This document shows, in pieces, positions 9,189-19,460 of a stretch of DNA of 64,000 nt. The notes under the pieces were generated by a model. That model was not told where the DNA came from. It was given only the letters and a program-made list of their open reading frames with translations, and ran no database searches. Positions within the stretch are counted from its first letter, which is position 1. The number at the start of each line of letters is the position of its first letter. The position numbers and the translations under genes were made by a program. Source of the stretch: Bacteroidota bacterium (GTDB lineage Bacteria; Bacteroidota; Bacteroidia; Bacteroidales; UBA12481); NCBI GenBank assembly GCA_034658635.1, contig JAYEFL010000186.1, positions 330-64,329 on the forward strand, given 5' to 3'.

Positions 9189-10586
9189 TCAGAATTCTGC
9201 TTTTCCGGGTGATCTTGGGAAGGGGATTACATCACGGATATTAGCCATTCCTGTTACGAAGAGAAGAAGTCTTTCAAATCCTAAGCCGAAACCGGAGTGA
9301 GGAGCTGTTCCGAATTTTCTGGTTTCGAGATACCACCACAGATCTTGTTCAGGAACACCCATTTCATTCATACGCTGTTTAAGAGAATCATAGCGATGTT
9401 CTCTTTGGGATCCACCAATAATTTCTCCGATTCCCGGGAATAATACATCCATTCCTCTTACCGTTTTATTGTCGTCATTCTGGTACATATAGAATGCCTT
9501 TATTTCTTTTGGGTAATCGGTGAGGATAACAGGTTTCTTGAAGTGTTGCTCAACGAGAAAACGCTCATGCTCAGACTGAAGATCTGTACCCCAGGATACC
9601 GGGAATTCCCACTTCCGGCCTGATTTAATAAGGATATCTACGGCTTCAGTATAAGATATTCTAACAAAATCATTCTTCATGACCATGTCGAGGTTGCTCA
9701 GTAAGTCTTTGTTAATCATCTTATTGAAGAATTCCAGATCTTCTTTGCAATTATCAAGAGCATATTTTACGAGATATTTCAGCATATCTTCGGCTAGATT
9801 CATGTTTTCTGCTATTTCATAAAATGCCATCTCAGGTTCAACCATCCAGAACTCCGACAGGTGTCTGGGGGTATTTGAGTTTTCAGCACGGAAAGTTGGA
9901 CCAAAAGTATAAACTTCAGAGAGGGCCAAAGCGCCCAATTCCCCTTCCAGTTGACCGGATACAGTCAGGTTAGTTTCCTTACCAAAGAAATCCTGTGAAA
10001 AGTCAACCTTTCCATCTTTTGTTAGCGGAGGGCTTTGAGCATCAAGAATACTGACTCTGAACATTTCTCCGGCTCCCTCGGCATCAGATCCGGTGATGAT
10101 GGGAGTGTGCAGGTATATGAATCCCCGGTCGTTATAGAATTTGTGTATGGCATAAGCCATGGCATGACGAACCCGTAGTACTGCACCAAAAGTATTTGTT
10201 CTCGGACGCAGGTGGGCGATTTCTCTGAGAAACTCCATTGAGTGTCCTTTTTTCTGCAGAGGATAAGTGTTCGGATCAGCTGTGCCGTATAATTTGATTA
10301 CCTCAGCCTGTATTTCCACACTCTGGCCGCCACCCATTGATTCAACCAACTTCCCTTTCACATATATACATGATCCGGTTGTGATATCCCGCATCAGCTC
10401 ATCATCAAAATTGACTAAATCGGCTACTACCTGAATATTATTTATTGTGGATCCATCATTCAGAGCAATAAAAGCAATGTTTTTGTTACCTCGTTTAGTA
10501 CGTACCCATCCCTTAAGGATAAGGCTTTTTCCCAGCGATTTCCCTGTTAATACTTCCTTCACTTTGGTTCTTCCGATGTCAACCAT
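9189..10586 (-). CDS. asnS: Asparagine--tRNA ligase
   Basis: N-terminal OB fold and class II motifs ([31 protein letters not shown]). Confidence 0.95.
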   Translation of the reverse strand: MVDIGRTKVKEVLTGKSLGKSLILKGWVRTKRGNKNIAFIALNDGSTINNIQVVADLVNFDDELMRDITTGSCIYVKGKLVESMGGGQSVEIQAEVIKLYGTADPNTYPLQKKGHSMEFLREIAHLRPRTNTFGAVLRVRHAMAYAIHKFYNDRGFIYLHTPIITGSDAEGAGEMFRVSILDAQSPPLTKDGKVDFSQDFFGKETNLTVSGQLEGELGALALSEVYTFGPTFRAENSNTPRHLSEFWMVEPEMAFYEIAENMNLAEDMLKYLVKYALDNCKEDLEFFNKMINKDLLSNLDMVMKNDFVRISYTEAVDILIKSGRKWEFPVSWGTDLQSEHERFLVEQHFKKPVILTDYPKEIKAFYMYQNDDNKTVRGMDVLFPGIGEIIGGSQREHRYDSLKQRMNEMGVPEQDLWWYLETRKFGTAPHSGFGLGFERLLLFVTGMANIRDVIPFPRSPGKAEF

Positions 10587-10611
10587 GATTTCCTGTATTT
10601 GAAATTTTGGA

Positions 10612-10619
10612 CAAAACTA
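10612..10619 (-). promoter_or_regulatory. -7 box candidate for asnS
   Basis: The minus strand reads TAGTTTTG, 25 nt upstream of the ATG at 10586. Confidence 0.45.
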
Positions 10620-10644
10620 GTAAAACCTTCTTGTAAAACCTTCT
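10620..10644. repeat. Tandem 12-mer (GTAAAACCTTCT x2, 13-nt period) abutting the asnS -7 box
   Basis: Read directly from the sequence at 10620-10631 and 10633-10644. Confidence 0.85.
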
Positions 10645-10667
10645 CAAAAAACAATTAAGCAAGAGGT

Positions 10668-11672
10668 CTAATTCTCAGCAAAAATCACATTAAGAACTAC
10701 TTCACCTACTGCTTTCAGTGTTTTTTTATCGATTACCTGAAGATCATCATTGTGTGTGTGCCAGAAAGAGCCAAAATTACTTTCTGTGCCGTGATCATAT
10801 TGAATAATATCGATACTTGGTATTCCGAGAATTTCATTAACATATCTGTGATCGTCAACGATCTGGGGTGTTTTCTCATATGAAAAGTAGTCTGAATATC
10901 CCATTTCGCGTGCCTTTTTCCATACTTTTTCAAGAACTGTTTTAGCATAAAACACGCTTACTTCCTCCTGAGTAAAAACAGCATTTTTGGCACCTACCAT
11001 ATCAAGGAGTATGCCATATCTAGCGTAATATCCTTTCACATGAGGGTTGCGACTCCAGTATTGTGAGCCAAGACACCAGGAATCTACGTCCCATTCAATG
11101 TCAAGATGATCAGGAACCCCATAATCTTCCACATCAAACAGAATGATATCGATTCCGAGATTGGTATCGGATTCTCCCAGGAGCCTGCCTATTTCGAGCA
11201 AAACACCAACTCCACTGGCTCCGTCGTTAGCTCCGGGTATTGGGTGATTTTGGCGGTCAGGATCAGGATCATGATCTGCAAAAGGTCTTGTATCCCAGTG
11301 AGCCATCAGAAGCAAGCGATTAACTTTTTCAGGCTGAAAGCGGGCAATGATATTTGACATATTCAGAAGTGAACCATCATAAGCTTCAACTTTTGCTTTT
11401 TGAACAAGAACATCTGCTCCGAAAGAGTTAAATTTTTCTTCAAGCCACAAACCACATTCATCATGGGCTTCTGTGTTAGGTACTCTGGGACCGAAGGAGA
11501 GTTGGGTTTCGATATAAGAATAGGCAGAGTCAGCATTGAATGTTGGGATATTCGTCATTCGTCTTTCGTCATTCGTCTTTCGTCCTTCGACCTTTCGACC
11601 CTTCGATCCTCCATCATTGCAACCAACAAGAACGATCAGGAAAGCCATTAATAATACCTGTGTTTTATGCAT
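10668..11672 (-). CDS. Glutaminyl-peptide cyclotransferase-like M28-family zinc enzyme, lipoprotein
   Basis: Lipobox (LIVLVGCN) and M28/QC-type motifs (LLMAHWDTRPFADHD, PGANDGASGVGVLLEIGRLL, ILFDVEDYG, WHTHNDD). Confidence 0.7.
   Translation of the reverse strand: MHKTQVLLMAFLIVLVGCNDGGSKGRKVEGRKTNDERRMTNIPTFNADSAYSYIETQLSFGPRVPNTEAHDECGLWLEEKFNSFGADVLVQKAKVEAYDGSLLNMSNIIARFQPEKVNRLLLMAHWDTRPFADHDPDPDRQNHPIPGANDGASGVGVLLEIGRLLGESDTNLGIDIILFDVEDYGVPDHLDIEWDVDSWCLGSQYWSRNPHVKGYYARYGILLDMVGAKNAVFTQEEVSVFYAKTVLEKVWKKAREMGYSDYFSYEKTPQIVDDHRYVNEILGIPSIDIIQYDHGTESNFGSFWHTHNDDLQVIDKKTLKAVGEVVLNVIFAEN
11551..11612. repeat. Degenerate heptanucleotide tract (TTCGTCW/TTCGACC, about 8 units) inside the CDS
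   Basis: ttcgtca ttcgtct ttcgtca ttcgtct ttcgtcc ttcgacc tttcgacc cttcgatcc. It includes a perfect 14-nt tandem duplication, cattcgtctttcgt, at 11556-11569 and 11570-11583. Confidence 0.9.
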
Positions 11673-11676
11673 TATC

Positions 11677-13140
11677 CTACATCTCCCAGCTTGATCCTTC
11701 TTTACTGTCTTTTATCTTAATTCCCAGACCCGTTAGCTGATCTCTGATTTGATCAGACCGTGCAAAATCTTTGTTTGCTTTGGCTTCTTGCCTGATTGAC
11801 AAAAGAAGGTCAATCAGTTGAGGGGTAAGGCCATCATTTGAAGAGGCAGTTTGCTCATCCTTTAGTCCGAGCACATTGAAAAGGTATTTTTCGAATAAGC
11901 TTTTGAGCTTTATCAGATCAGACTCAGTAAGGCTTTCTTTGCCCTCGATTAGTAGATTAATCCATTTTACTCCTTCAAAAAGTTGAGCGATCAGGATTGG
12001 GGTATTCAGGTCATCATTTATTGCTGTTGAGCAGCGATCTTCAAGTTGCTGAACACTTAAGCTGGATTCCTTTCCCGGCTTGCATTTCTGAAGAATATCC
12101 CAGGCCTTCATCAGTCTGAGGTATCCTTTTTCAGCTGCTTGCAATGCCTCATTTGAAAAGTCGAGAGTGCTTCTGTAATGAGCCTGGAGGATAAAGAAGC
12201 GGATTGTCATGGGACTATAGGCCTTCTCAAGGGTGTTATGAGTACCAGAAAACAGTTCATCCAGGGTAATGAAATTGCCAAGTGATTTGCCCATTTTCTG
12301 ACCATTAATTGTGATCATATTGTTATGGATCCAATGTTTAACGGAATGGCGTCCATTGGCAATTCTTGATTGTGCAATTTCACATTCGTGGTGAGGGAAC
12401 AATAGATCCATTCCACCGCCGTGAATATCAAATTCTTTCCCCAGATATTTGGTGCTCATTGCGGAGCATTCAAGGTGCCATCCGGGAAAACCTTCACTCC
12501 ATTTAGAGGTCCATTGCATAAGGTGCTCAGGATTTGCTTTTTTCCAGATTGCGAAATCAAATGGATTCCGTTTTTCCTGCTGTCCGTCAAGCTCTCTGGT
12601 AGTAGTAATAAGATCTTCTAAAACACGTCCTGAGAGCTTCCCGTAGTTATGGTTATTGTCGTATTTCTTCACGTCAAAGTATACAGAACCATTGCTTTCA
12701 TAAGCATATCCCTCATCAAGGATTTTCTGAACCATTTCCTGCTGTTCAATAATATGTCCGGAGGCTCTTGGTTCAATGGAAGGTTTTCTGACATTCAGGA
12801 ATTCCATGCTCCGATGATAGCTGTCAGTGTAGAGTTGAACGATTTCCATTGGCTCAAGTTGCTCAAGAACAGCCTTTTTAGCGATTTTGTCATCCCCACT
12901 ATCGGCGTCAGCTTCAAGATGTCCGACGTCTGTGATGTTTCTGACGTAGCGAACTTTGTATCCGCATTTTTTCAGATACCTGAATAGAACATCAAAAGTG
13001 ATTGCTGGTCGTGCATGACCCAAATGCGCATGTCCGTAAACGGTAGGTCCACAAACATACATGCCAACTTTTCCAGGATTTATTGGTGAGAAGGTTTCTT
13101 TTTTTCGACTCAGGGTATTGTATAATATCAGATCTGTCAT
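11677..13140 (-). CDS. cysS: Cysteine--tRNA ligase
   Basis: HIGH-type motif (HLGHARP) and KMSKS (KMGKS). The ORF-track start at 13158 is a TTG codon. The ATG at 13140 gives [17 protein letters not shown], which is the usual CysS N-terminus. Confidence 0.95.
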   Translation of the reverse strand: MTDLILYNTLSRKKETFSPINPGKVGMYVCGPTVYGHAHLGHARPAITFDVLFRYLKKCGYKVRYVRNITDVGHLEADADSGDDKIAKKAVLEQLEPMEIVQLYTDSYHRSMEFLNVRKPSIEPRASGHIIEQQEMVQKILDEGYAYESNGSVYFDVKKYDNNHNYGKLSGRVLEDLITTTRELDGQQEKRNPFDFAIWKKANPEHLMQWTSKWSEGFPGWHLECSAMSTKYLGKEFDIHGGGMDLLFPHHECEIAQSRIANGRHSVKHWIHNNMITINGQKMGKSLGNFITLDELFSGTHNTLEKAYSPMTIRFFILQAHYRSTLDFSNEALQAAEKGYLRLMKAWDILQKCKPGKESSLSVQQLEDRCSTAINDDLNTPILIAQLFEGVKWINLLIEGKESLTESDLIKLKSLFEKYLFNVLGLKDEQTASSNDGLTPQLIDLLLSIRQEAKANKDFARSDQIRDQLTGLGIKIKDSKEGSSWEM

Positions 13141-13166
13141 GATTGTGTTGATTGTCAAGTACGATG

Positions 13167-13174
13167 CAAAAATA
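13167..13174 (-). promoter_or_regulatory. -7 box candidate for cysS
   Basis: The minus strand reads TATTTTTG, 26 nt upstream of the ATG at 13140 and immediately downstream of the hairpin/T-run. Confidence 0.4.
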
Positions 13175-13178
13175 AAAA

Positions 13179-13219
13179 AAATTAGCCGGGAAGGAAGGAA
13201 GGAAGGTTCCGGCTAATTT
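13179..13219 (-). terminator. Long-stem hairpin with (GGAA)4 loop, followed on the minus strand by a T-run
   Basis: The arms aaATTAGCCGG (13179-13189) and CCGGCTAATtt (13209-13219) form an 11-bp stem. The 19-nt loop is gaaggaaggaaggaaggtt. On the minus strand it is followed by tttttttatttttg. Confidence 0.55.
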
Positions 13220-13449
13220 CTTTATTTGACAGGTAAAGTACCTTATCTAACACATTTGGTGGCCCGGCATGGGATATTTTGACAGGTTTTTGCGGACTAT
13301 CGTCCGAAATATTATTGCATTTATTTAATGAACTCTCTAATGAAACATTTCACCACTACTAAACTAGTGTCTTAGTTTCAATAGAAAAACACAAATGAGT
13401 GCTTGAGCGGTTTGGGTGAGAGGATTGGTCGATTTCTTGTCTAACTATG

Positions 13450-14235
13450 TCATTTTATTCTGACAGAAACTTGATTTAATTGCTCAAGGAACTCTTTTTT
13501 ACGTGAAGCTGAGACGCTTATCTGCGAACCATCGTACATAGTTATCAATCCCCCTCTACCTTTTTGGTATTTACTGACATACTTGAGGTTGATCATATGG
13601 GTATTGTGAACCCTGAAAAAGAACAGTTCAGAGAGTATATTTTCAAAGTGGCTTAAAGGTTTGGACACCACTACTGAACTTTTATCTTTTAGAAAGAAGA
13701 GGCAATAATTACTGGAGGCTTCAATTCTGATAATACTATCAATTTCCAGGATAATCAGTCCATCAATTGTAGGTAAGCTGATTTTGACAAAATTGTTCTG
13801 CAGACTTTGGTTAAGAATTTTAATTCTCTCTGTAATCATCAGATCGGCTCTTGTTCTCATAAAGCGGTGGATTGCTTCAACCAAATCATGGTAATTTACT
13901 GGTTTGAGCAGGTAATGAAGAGCTGAGAAATCAAAGGCTTTCAGAGCAAAATCATTGTATGCAGTAATGAAAACAATTTCAAAATTAATATCCTCCAGTT
14001 CATTTAACAGGTCGAATGCGTCTCCGTCAGGCATGGCAATATCTAAGAAAATCAGGTCAGGTTGTACAGATGGAATAACCCGGAGTCCTTCAGCAACATT
14101 AGCTGCGGTGCCAACTATTACAACATCAGGGCAATATCTTTCCAGAAGACTTTGAAGAGTCAGCAAGCTCTTTTTCTCGTCTTCAACGATTACTGCATTA
14201 ATCCGTGTTTTAAGACTCCCGTTATTTTTCATCAT
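13450..14235 (-). CDS. LytTR-family response regulator
   Basis: Receiver domain (AVIVEDEKK, FLDIAMPDGD) plus a LytTR DNA-binding C-terminus. It overlaps the upstream kinase gene by 14 nt. Confidence 0.9.
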   Translation of the reverse strand: MMKNNGSLKTRINAVIVEDEKKSLLTLQSLLERYCPDVVIVGTAANVAEGLRVIPSVQPDLIFLDIAMPDGDAFDLLNELEDINFEIVFITAYNDFALKAFDFSALHYLLKPVNYHDLVEAIHRFMRTRADLMITERIKILNQSLQNNFVKISLPTIDGLIILEIDSIIRIEASSNYCLFFLKDKSSVVVSKPLSHFENILSELFFFRVHNTHMINLKYVSKYQKGRGGLITMYDGSQISVSASRKKEFLEQLNQVSVRIK

Positions 14236-17209
14236 TGAGGATTGATATCAATAGTTCAACACTAGTTCCAGCAGGTGTTCCATCCTGATTATGCAAATCG
14301 ATTATCTCACAAGAAATATTTCCGTGTTCTATTTTGTTAAGAAGGGCAATCCGTTCATTTACATTCTTCAAACCTGTAGGAGTATGTCCGGTGATTCTTT
14401 TTCTTTGTGAGGCCTTTACTCTTCCAACACCATTATCTACAATAGAAATTTTCAAAAGATGTCCTGTACGTTTAAAGTTTATTTTCAACAAGCCCTTTCC
14501 TGACAAGGGCATAAGTCCATGCCATATTGCATTTTCAACGAATGGCTGGGTAAGCATGGGCGGAATCATAATTTCATTTTGATCGAGGTCTTTTGATTTG
14601 ATTAATTCAAATTCGAAACGGTCTTCAAATCTGAGTTTTTCAAGATTAAGGTAAAGCATCAATGTATCGATTTCTTCTCGTAATGAAATTTGCCTTTTTT
14701 TGGAATTGTCGAGAATTCTGCGAATCAACTGAGCAAATTTGGCCAGGTATAGATTAGCATTCTCAGCATCTTTCTGAATAATATAATGCTGAATTGAGTT
14801 TAGGGAATTAAAAATGAAGTGGGGATTCATTTGCGATAAGAGGGCTTTTTTCTCAGCCTCAAGTAATTTTTGTTTGATTCTTTCTCTGTTTTTGAGTGTT
14901 TTGATTATTAGCAGAACGATTAGGATAATCGCTACTACCACCAGGCTGAAAACAATAATTCTGAAAACCAGTGTTTCGTGAGTTCTTTTTGGTATAGTGA
15001 TTTTCAGAGCTGAAAAGTTATCCAGGTTATCAGGAATCCCATCTTCATCGATCTTTGGAGTAGTCATTGCTTTGACGTACAGGGTATATTCACCATGACC
15101 TAATCCGGGATATCTGACCTCCAGATCTTTTGTTGAACTCCAGCCTTTATCAGTTGGATGCATGTAATAATGATAGAAAACTTTATGTGGTTTGTGGTAT
15201 GAAATGGTTTTGAATTTGAATTTGAAGTCAAAAGGATGGGTTTTGGGAAGTATGGTGTCTGGTGGGAGTAAAATTGTATCTCTGTCGTTAATAGTCATGT
15301 ACTCAATTACAGGTTTAGCCAGATAGTGAAGCCGGTTATCAATTGCGGGAATCATTACAAGGCCCCGTCCGGTTCCTGCCCATATGTGTCCGTCAAAACT
15401 TATTACACAATACACCTGGTTAGATGGTAAGCCATTTCGGGTATCTATGTGTTCAACCTTGACTATTGTCTTCAGGTCTTTTCTTAATATTATTTTATTC
15501 AAACCAATGCTGGATCCTGCCCAGATTATACTGTCTCCCTCAACCAGTAAACTGGTAATAATATCACTACACAGGCCTTGATCCTGGGATATTTGGATTA
15601 AGGAATCAGGTGTTAACAATAGAATTCCTTTTCCTGCCGGAGCAAACAGCATGTTCCCATTTATTTCTGCAAATGCCAGACTTCTGTCGGTTTGAAATTC
15701 CTCAAGAACGGTAGCTTCTTGTGGCTCAGAGCCGGGTACCCAAGTGAATACGCCGTAAGGTTGAGAACTTAGCCAAATAGTACCACGGGAATCTTCGAAC
15801 ATATCCCGAACCTTAAAAAGCCAATCATTATCATCGAAGAGGCGTTCCCTTATCCGATTTTTATATTTAATGATACCCGGGGAGAAGGGAAAAAGCCAGT
15901 TGTCAGAATCAAGTTCGAGAAAGTCATAAAGGAATGTATTGAAAGATTTAAATCCAAGCAGATTGTCCTGGAGATCAATTTCCATCAATTGTTCAGAAAA
16001 TATAAGTACGGTCCCTATTGACGTTTCCTTGATTCGTCTGATGATTCCATTTTCAGGGGAGTTTTTAGATTGTTTGGGGATGTATTTATCACCTTTTTTT
16101 ATCTTGTATACTTTCCCATTATGAGTTCCAAAAAACAAATAAGAATCTGTGCTTGCCATTGCAGTAATCCTATTATCCTCAGGGCTAACGGAGTTAAAAC
16201 TATATACAGGAATATCGAGACTGTTGGCTCTGAATACTCCATCATCTTTTGTGGAAAACCAATAGTTATGTTCGTGATCTCGAAGGATGGAGGTGATTCC
16301 TTTATTAGCCAGGAATTTTTGGGGTGTGCCTGATATGTCTTTGTCAGTATATCTGTAAGCCCCGCCTTTTTTCAATCCTACCCAAATATCCCCATTGTCT
16401 TCGTCTAAATATAAACTCAGAATTTCTTTCTTAAGAACTATTTCATTGAAAATAGTATCATTTTTGAAGTGTAGCAATCTTCTGTGATAGGAGAAAATAA
16501 ATTCGTTACCTGAGAGAATAATTAGTTCTTTTCTGTGATGGTCTGTATGTTCGACAAGGGTAGTGGAGAGATAGATTTTGTTTCCATCTTTCCTGGATGA
16601 GCTCTTTCTATTGGGGTCTATATCAGGGTTATCCAACAGATCCCAAAAATATCCATTGTCGGTTTTAATAATACATATATTGGCTCCGTTTGCATGCTCC
16701 AGATGTGCGGTATACTCAACCAGATCATTAATACTATCAATTCTAAATAGCCCGGGGTAATTAAAATTGATGAATATTGTATTTTCAGGAGTAGTAAAAA
16801 TTTGTTGTACGTAATGCTCATGAGAATCCTGTGCTTTCAGGGAATCATTGAATGGAGCTGTAAATAACTCTCCTCCTTCTATATAATTACAGGTGTTCTT
16901 AATTGAAGTCAGCCACAATATGTTCTTCAATGGATCCTTATTTATTCTCAGGATACAATTATCTTCCAGTCCATCGCGGAGAGTTAATGTTTCAAAGGAA
17001 TAACCATCAAATCGCACAAGCCCCTTATCGGTTGCCATATAGAGAATATTATTCTCATCCTGAACTATTGAGTATACCTGATTTGAGGGGAGTTCTTCAT
17101 CTTCTGTGTAATGATCAAAGTAGGGGTCCTGGGCTTGGGTGTTCAGAACCATCAGAGATATTATTAAACTCAGCCAGAGCCACTTGTTATTATGATTTCG
17201 ATTAGACAT
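14222..17209 (-). CDS. Sensor histidine kinase with periplasmic beta-propeller/Y_Y_Y-type repeats and a LytS/YehU-type (PF06580-like) kinase core
   Basis: Signal sequence (MSNRNHNNKWLWLSLIISLMVLNTQAQ), about 700 aa of propeller-like repeats, one TM (VFRIIVFSLVVVAIILIVLLII), then QMNPHFIFNSLNSIQ and an HATPase region (ENAIWHG, DNGVG). The ORF-track start at 17395 would overlap the divergent rnr gene. The ATG at 17209 sits directly before the signal peptide. Confidence 0.85.
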   Translation of the reverse strand: MSNRNHNNKWLWLSLIISLMVLNTQAQDPYFDHYTEDEELPSNQVYSIVQDENNILYMATDKGLVRFDGYSFETLTLRDGLEDNCILRINKDPLKNILWLTSIKNTCNYIEGGELFTAPFNDSLKAQDSHEHYVQQIFTTPENTIFINFNYPGLFRIDSINDLVEYTAHLEHANGANICIIKTDNGYFWDLLDNPDIDPNRKSSSRKDGNKIYLSTTLVEHTDHHRKELIILSGNEFIFSYHRRLLHFKNDTIFNEIVLKKEILSLYLDEDNGDIWVGLKKGGAYRYTDKDISGTPQKFLANKGITSILRDHEHNYWFSTKDDGVFRANSLDIPVYSFNSVSPEDNRITAMASTDSYLFFGTHNGKVYKIKKGDKYIPKQSKNSPENGIIRRIKETSIGTVLIFSEQLMEIDLQDNLLGFKSFNTFLYDFLELDSDNWLFPFSPGIIKYKNRIRERLFDDNDWLFKVRDMFEDSRGTIWLSSQPYGVFTWVPGSEPQEATVLEEFQTDRSLAFAEINGNMLFAPAGKGILLLTPDSLIQISQDQGLCSDIITSLLVEGDSIIWAGSSIGLNKIILRKDLKTIVKVEHIDTRNGLPSNQVYCVISFDGHIWAGTGRGLVMIPAIDNRLHYLAKPVIEYMTINDRDTILLPPDTILPKTHPFDFKFKFKTISYHKPHKVFYHYYMHPTDKGWSSTKDLEVRYPGLGHGEYTLYVKAMTTPKIDEDGIPDNLDNFSALKITIPKRTHETLVFRIIVFSLVVVAIILIVLLIIKTLKNRERIKQKLLEAEKKALLSQMNPHFIFNSLNSIQHYIIQKDAENANLYLAKFAQLIRRILDNSKKRQISLREEIDTLMLYLNLEKLRFEDRFEFELIKSKDLDQNEIMIPPMLTQPFVENAIWHGLMPLSGKGLLKINFKRTGHLLKISIVDNGVGRVKASQRKRITGHTPTGLKNVNERIALLNKIEHGNISCEIIDLHNQDGTPAGTSVELLISILNDEK

Positions 17210-17259
17210 TGGTTCCTGTAAATTTAACTGTTTTTTAGAACTTAAGCTTGGATTATGAG

Positions 17260-17267
17260 TACTTTTG
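17260..17267 (+). promoter_or_regulatory. -7 box candidate for rnr
   Basis: TACTTTTG lies 18 nt upstream of the ATG at 17285. Confidence 0.45.
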
Positions 17268-17284
17268 TATGAATAGCACTTAAA

Positions 17285-19426
17285 ATGGGACGAAAAGTTA
17301 AAAATAAGAAGCGCGGTTTGGTCAAGAAAATCATCCGTAATCAGATATTGGGAGTGTTCAGCAAGCACCCTTCTCAAAGCTTTAACTATAAGCAAATTGC
17401 CCGTCGACTGGAGATTTCAGATCCTTCTTCACGAAAAATGATTACCACGGTTTTGGGAGAATTAGTTCATGATAAGCACCTGATTGAACTTGAGCGGGGG
17501 AAGTATAAAATGAAAAGCAGGGGAGCTTACGTTGAGGGGGTCATTCAGGTGACCCGTTCGGGTTCTGCCTTTGTTATTACTGAGGACGTTGAGGAGGATG
17601 TTTATATCACAAACCGGAACCTGAACCGGGCGCTCAATGGCGATAAGGTTAAGGTGTACATTTATGCCCGGAAAAAGGGAGATCGGCTTGTTGGTGAGGT
17701 GAGTCAGGTTCTGGAGCAAAGAGAGCGTGTCTTTGTGGGTGAAATTGTCAGAGCTTCAGCCTATTACTTTGTTACGCCTGATAACAGGGGGATGCCTTAT
17801 GATATTTTTATTAAGCCTTCTGATATACATGGGGCGCTTGACGGGCAGAAAGTTGTAGTTAAGATTACCGATTGGCCAAAAGGAGCTGAGAATCCTTATG
17901 GCGAGGTTGTTGATGTTTTGGGGAAAGCGGGCGAAAATAATACTGAGATGCATGCTATTCTGGCGGAGTTCGAATTGCCATATAAATTTCCGGAAAGAAT
18001 AGAAAGTGAAGCGGATAAGATTCCTGCTCTGATTAGCAATGAAGAAATCAAAAAACGCAGAGACTTTAGAAAGGTGCCAACATTTACGGTTGATCCGGCT
18101 GATGCGAAAGATTTTGATGATGCTTTGAGTATCAGACCAACGAAAGACGGGAATTGGGAAGTTGGGATTCATATTGCTGATGTGAGCCATTATGTGCGAA
18201 CTGGCACAGCTCTGGATGAAGAAGCTTATGCACGTGGATCATCAGTTTACCTTGTGGATAGGGTTGTTCCTATGCTGCCTGAAAAATTGTCAAATGAACT
18301 GTGTTCCCTAAAGCCAAATGAAGATAAACTTTGTTTTTCAGCTCTTTTTGAAATGAATGAACGGGCAGAAGTTTTATCGCAATGGTATGGTAAATCTATT
18401 ATTCATTCTGACCGCAGATTTGCTTATCAGGAAGCACAGGAGATAATTGAAACAGGAGAAGGAGACCTGAAAGAAGAAATGCTGAAGCTGCATGATTTGG
18501 CCACTATTCTGCGGAAACTGCGATTTAAAGATGGTGCCTTTTCGTTTGAACGGGTGGAGGTGAAATTTCATCTTGACGACAACGGACGTCCAACCGGAGT
18601 TTATTTTAAGGAAGCAAAGGAATCTAACTGGTTAATAGAAGAGTTTATGCTGCTGGCAAATAGAAAAGTGGCCGAGACAATCGGGAAGGTTAAAAAAGGA
18701 CTTACAGCCAAAAGCTTTGTTTATCGTATCCACGACCGACCAAATTCTGAAAAGATTGAAAATTTTTCAAACTTCGTTCATCGCTTTGGGTACAGCCTGA
18801 AAACCTCTTCTGATAAAGCAATTGCTCAGAGCATGAATTCTTTGGTTCAGGCAATTAGGGGAAAAGACGAACAATACATTTTGGAAAGTCTTGCTATTCG
18901 TACAATGGCCAAGGCAAAGTACTCCTGTAAAAATATTGGGCATTATGGTCTGGCTTTTCCTTTCTACACCCATTTTACATCTCCGATCCGCAGGTATCCG
19001 GATTTAATGGTTCATCGCCTTCTGGAGCATTATTTACAGGATGGAAAATCTGAAAGTCCGAAAAAATGCGAGATAAAATGTGAGCATTCCTCTGCGCGCG
19101 AAGAATTAGCTGTTCAGGCTGAAAGAGCTTCTATCAAATATAAGCAGGTAGAATTTTTGAAGGATCATATCGGGGAGGAGTTTGAGGGGATTATTTCCGG
19201 AGTGAGTGAGTGGGGCGTTTATGTAGAACTATCTGATAATCACTGCGAGGGAATGATTCCTGTGCGTGAGCTCACCGATGATTTTTATGAGTACGACGAA
19301 TCAAATTACTGCCTGGTTGGAAGTCGTACAAGAAGAAAATTTGAAATTGGTCAAAAAGTACAGGTTGAAATCGCCCGTGCTGATCTGGCAAGAAGACAAT
19401 TAGATTTTACTCTTGCCGGAAAGTGA
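17285..19426 (+). CDS. rnr: Ribonuclease R
   Basis: N-terminal HTH/cold-shock-like domains, an RNB catalytic region (TVDPADAKDFDDALS, HYGLAFPFYTHFTSPIRRYPDL) and a C-terminal S1 domain (FEGIISGVSEWGVYVEL). Confidence 0.95.
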   Translation: MGRKVKNKKRGLVKKIIRNQILGVFSKHPSQSFNYKQIARRLEISDPSSRKMITTVLGELVHDKHLIELERGKYKMKSRGAYVEGVIQVTRSGSAFVITEDVEEDVYITNRNLNRALNGDKVKVYIYARKKGDRLVGEVSQVLEQRERVFVGEIVRASAYYFVTPDNRGMPYDIFIKPSDIHGALDGQKVVVKITDWPKGAENPYGEVVDVLGKAGENNTEMHAILAEFELPYKFPERIESEADKIPALISNEEIKKRRDFRKVPTFTVDPADAKDFDDALSIRPTKDGNWEVGIHIADVSHYVRTGTALDEEAYARGSSVYLVDRVVPMLPEKLSNELCSLKPNEDKLCFSALFEMNERAEVLSQWYGKSIIHSDRRFAYQEAQEIIETGEGDLKEEMLKLHDLATILRKLRFKDGAFSFERVEVKFHLDDNGRPTGVYFKEAKESNWLIEEFMLLANRKVAETIGKVKKGLTAKSFVYRIHDRPNSEKIENFSNFVHRFGYSLKTSSDKAIAQSMNSLVQAIRGKDEQYILESLAIRTMAKAKYSCKNIGHYGLAFPFYTHFTSPIRRYPDLMVHRLLEHYLQDGKSESPKKCEIKCEHSSAREELAVQAERASIKYKQVEFLKDHIGEEFEGIISGVSEWGVYVELSDNHCEGMIPVRELTDDFYEYDESNYCLVGSRTRRKFEIGQKVQVEIARADLARRQLDFTLAGK

Positions 19427-19460
19427 GATTGCGAGCAAATCCAAGGCTTCGTCTCTTAAA

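Noticed and set aside
17210-17395. N-terminal extensions of maximal ORFs that overlap divergent neighbours or use TTG/GTG starts. Affected genes: the sensor kinase at 17395, mlaE at 24728, panD at 40126, the aminotransferase at 51174, metG at 54315, cysS at 13158, the PBP at 35981, the glycogen-synthase-like gene at 41027 and holB at 59805.
   Set aside because: Internal ATGs give the family-typical N-termini or signal peptides and sit 13-40 nt downstream of TAnnTTTG boxes. The extensions are read-through of upstream non-coding sequence.
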